Origin: Lama glama
Lineage: Eukaryota
DNA: 64,000 bases
Assembly (NCBI GenBank): GCA_028534125.1
Contig: CM052816.1
Location: 35,404,001 to 35,468,000, forward strand
Direction of reading: 5' to 3'
Shown here: in pieces, positions 62,168 to 64,000 of the stretch
How positions within the stretch are numbered: position 1 is the first letter of the stretch
How the letters are laid out: the number at the start of each line of letters is the position of its first letter
Translations under genes and position numbers: made by a program
The notes under the pieces: generated by a model
What the model was told of the DNA's origin: nothing
Database searches by the model: none
Seen by the model: only the letters and a program-made list of their open reading frames with translations

Positions 62168-62603
62168 TGTATTAGTTTGCTAGGGCTGTAATAATAAAGC
62201 AGCACAAATTAGGTGACTCAAACAACGGAAATGTATTGTCTCACAGTTCTGGAGGCTGGAAGTCTGACAGCAAGATGTCAGCAGTATTGGTTCCTCCTGA
62301 GGGTTGTGAAGAAGACTCTGTTCCATACATCTCTCCTAGCTTCTGGTGGTTTGCTGGCAATCTTTAGCATTCCTTGGCTTGTAGGAACCACCCTGACCAC
62401 TGACTTCATCTTTACATGGCACTGTCCTTGGGTGTGTGTCTGTGTCCAAATTTCCCCCTTTTATGACACCAGTCATATTTGACTGAATGACCTCATCTTA
62501 ATTATATCTGCAACAACCTTATTCCAAATAAGGTCATATTCTGAGGTCCTGGGGGTTAAGAATTCAACGTATTAAGTTGGGCGACACAGTTCAACCCATA
62601 ATA
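62168..62603 (-). mobile_element. MLT1B-like MaLR solo LTR
   Basis: 'tgtattagtttgctagggctg...tctcacagttctggaggctggaagtc...ttccaaataaggtcatattctgagg...ttcaacccataata'. Confidence 0.9.
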
Positions 62604-62927
62604 CCATGTAATTCAAAATAAATTATTTTTCATAGGTCCAAATTCCAGTCTTCCACCAAAATCTTAAAGATTCCATGAAGTCTCTTTTTTGTAACCATAT
62701 TACAGATGCCTGCCTTCTCCACAGCATAACAAGTTGCAATTGATTTTAGATAATCTTTCATTTTCCCCTAACTGTTACACATGTGCAAATCTCTCCACAG
62801 CAAGTTCCTAGAAGACTGGGATCACAGAAGACACAAGTCCAAGGCAGTACAAATTTGCATTCCCTTAGTACATGTTCATAGAACATGAGGTAATTTACAC
62901 TCTCACCCAGATTAAGTTCTAGAAGGG

Positions 62928-63095
62928 CAGTAGTTCACAGTCTTATAGAACTTTATAAATACACATTCCTGAGCCCCATACAGATCTAGAGAATCATATA
63001 TTGGTATATAAAGTCAAAAAGTCTGCATGTTCACAAACTCCTTTCGTGATTTTTATGTAGCTATACTTATCGGACAGTACTTAGGAATCTCTAGG
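62928..63095. mobile_element. MER5-family MITE fragment
   Basis: 'aaatacacattcctgagcccc...gaatc...tctgcatgtt...tgattttatg'. Confidence 0.55.
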
Positions 63096-63214
63096 GTAGA
63101 GTTCACTTCCCATGGAGTCTTTGGCTACTGCTTGCCAAGTCCATTGTTAGTTTTATATTTCTAGTTCTTCTGGGGTGACACAGTGTATAACATTATTTCT
63201 TAAAGATTCTGGCC

Positions 63215-63450
63215 TGATATTGGCAGAGACCCATGATCAAATATGTTTGGGAAATGCTGAGCTAAACAGATTGAAATAAATTTACTTACTATAGGGCTTT
63301 TTGAAAATTTTAATGATAATGTACATTGTGAACTGGGGTAGGGGAGGATGGTATAAATCTCTTCCTATCTTATTTTACTAAAGAAACTTTTGTTTTTTCT
63401 TGAGCACCCCCAAAGATCATTCTTCCTAAGAACACATTTTGGAAAACGAA
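63215..63450. mobile_element. hAT-Charlie MITE (MER112/113-like)
   Basis: 'atcaaatatgtttgggaaatgctg...ttaatgataatgtacattgtgaa...aacacattttggaaaac'. Confidence 0.65.
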
Positions 63451-64000
63451 ATCTGGAGCCATTTTCAGGAGGCCTGACTTCCAGCTCCAACACATTATTC
63501 AAAGAAGTTAAGACCTCTTTGACTTTTATTTTTCATCTATAAAATTGAGAAAATTTGCTCTAAAATATCTTTAGATCTTGTAAAAAATAATTTACTTATT
63601 TCTGACTCATATATGTCATGATGTTATTTAATATGAAATCTACTGTGGTGACTTTGATTCTTTCACATTACAGAGAAACTGAGTTTCCACCATTATAAGA
63701 TACTGTGCTAGGAATCTTTGGGGAGACACATGAGAAAGATTAATGACACTTCTCCTCAGGAAAGCTTTCAGTCATGTAGGAGAGACAGAATGTACATCTT
63801 TATTTCTCTCTTTCTCTTTTCCCTCTGTCCCCTCTTTCTTAATATCACCTACATCTGTCTTCGGTATTCAGAAGAAATATGTGCAGCAAAAGATGCAATA
63901 AAATGCTATGTTATTTCTCTATTTATCATCATTATCTCCAGAGAGGAGATATGCCAACACAAAAATCAATGAAAGGTTAACTGTCCCTTTCTTCTAATAA

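Overview
Mammalian, CpG-depleted, AT-rich genomic DNA (intergenic or deep intronic), most likely from a camelid: it carries a tRNA-Ala(AGC)-derived SINE resembling vic-1 and cetartiodactyl-type young L1 3' UTRs. I see no intact protein-coding gene, functional RNA gene, CRISPR array or prokaryotic system. The ORF track reflects L1 ORF2/ORF1 remnants and chance ORFs. Roughly half the window is interspersed repeats of many ages: L1, L2, MIR, MaLR/ERVL/ERV1 solo LTRs, and hAT/Tigger DNA transposons. Repeat subfamily names are from recalled consensus sequences and need RepeatMasker/Dfam confirmation. The most notable structures read directly from the sequence are: (1) three TSD-bounded, L1-mediated insertions carrying passenger sequence (an ~850-bp 3' transduction, an L1/unique-sequence chimera inside Tigger1, and a ~35-bp retrocopy of an LTR poly(A) end); (2) a TA-flanked 665-bp element with long decayed inverted arms and a perfect 24-bp core; (3) a ~1.6-kb degenerate higher-order tandem repeat (~585-bp unit); (4) an L2>LTR>LTR nest; (5) an orphan 35-nt exon with near-consensus splice sites; (6) several motif-dense candidate enhancers. 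I cannot support a claim of a novel biological system.
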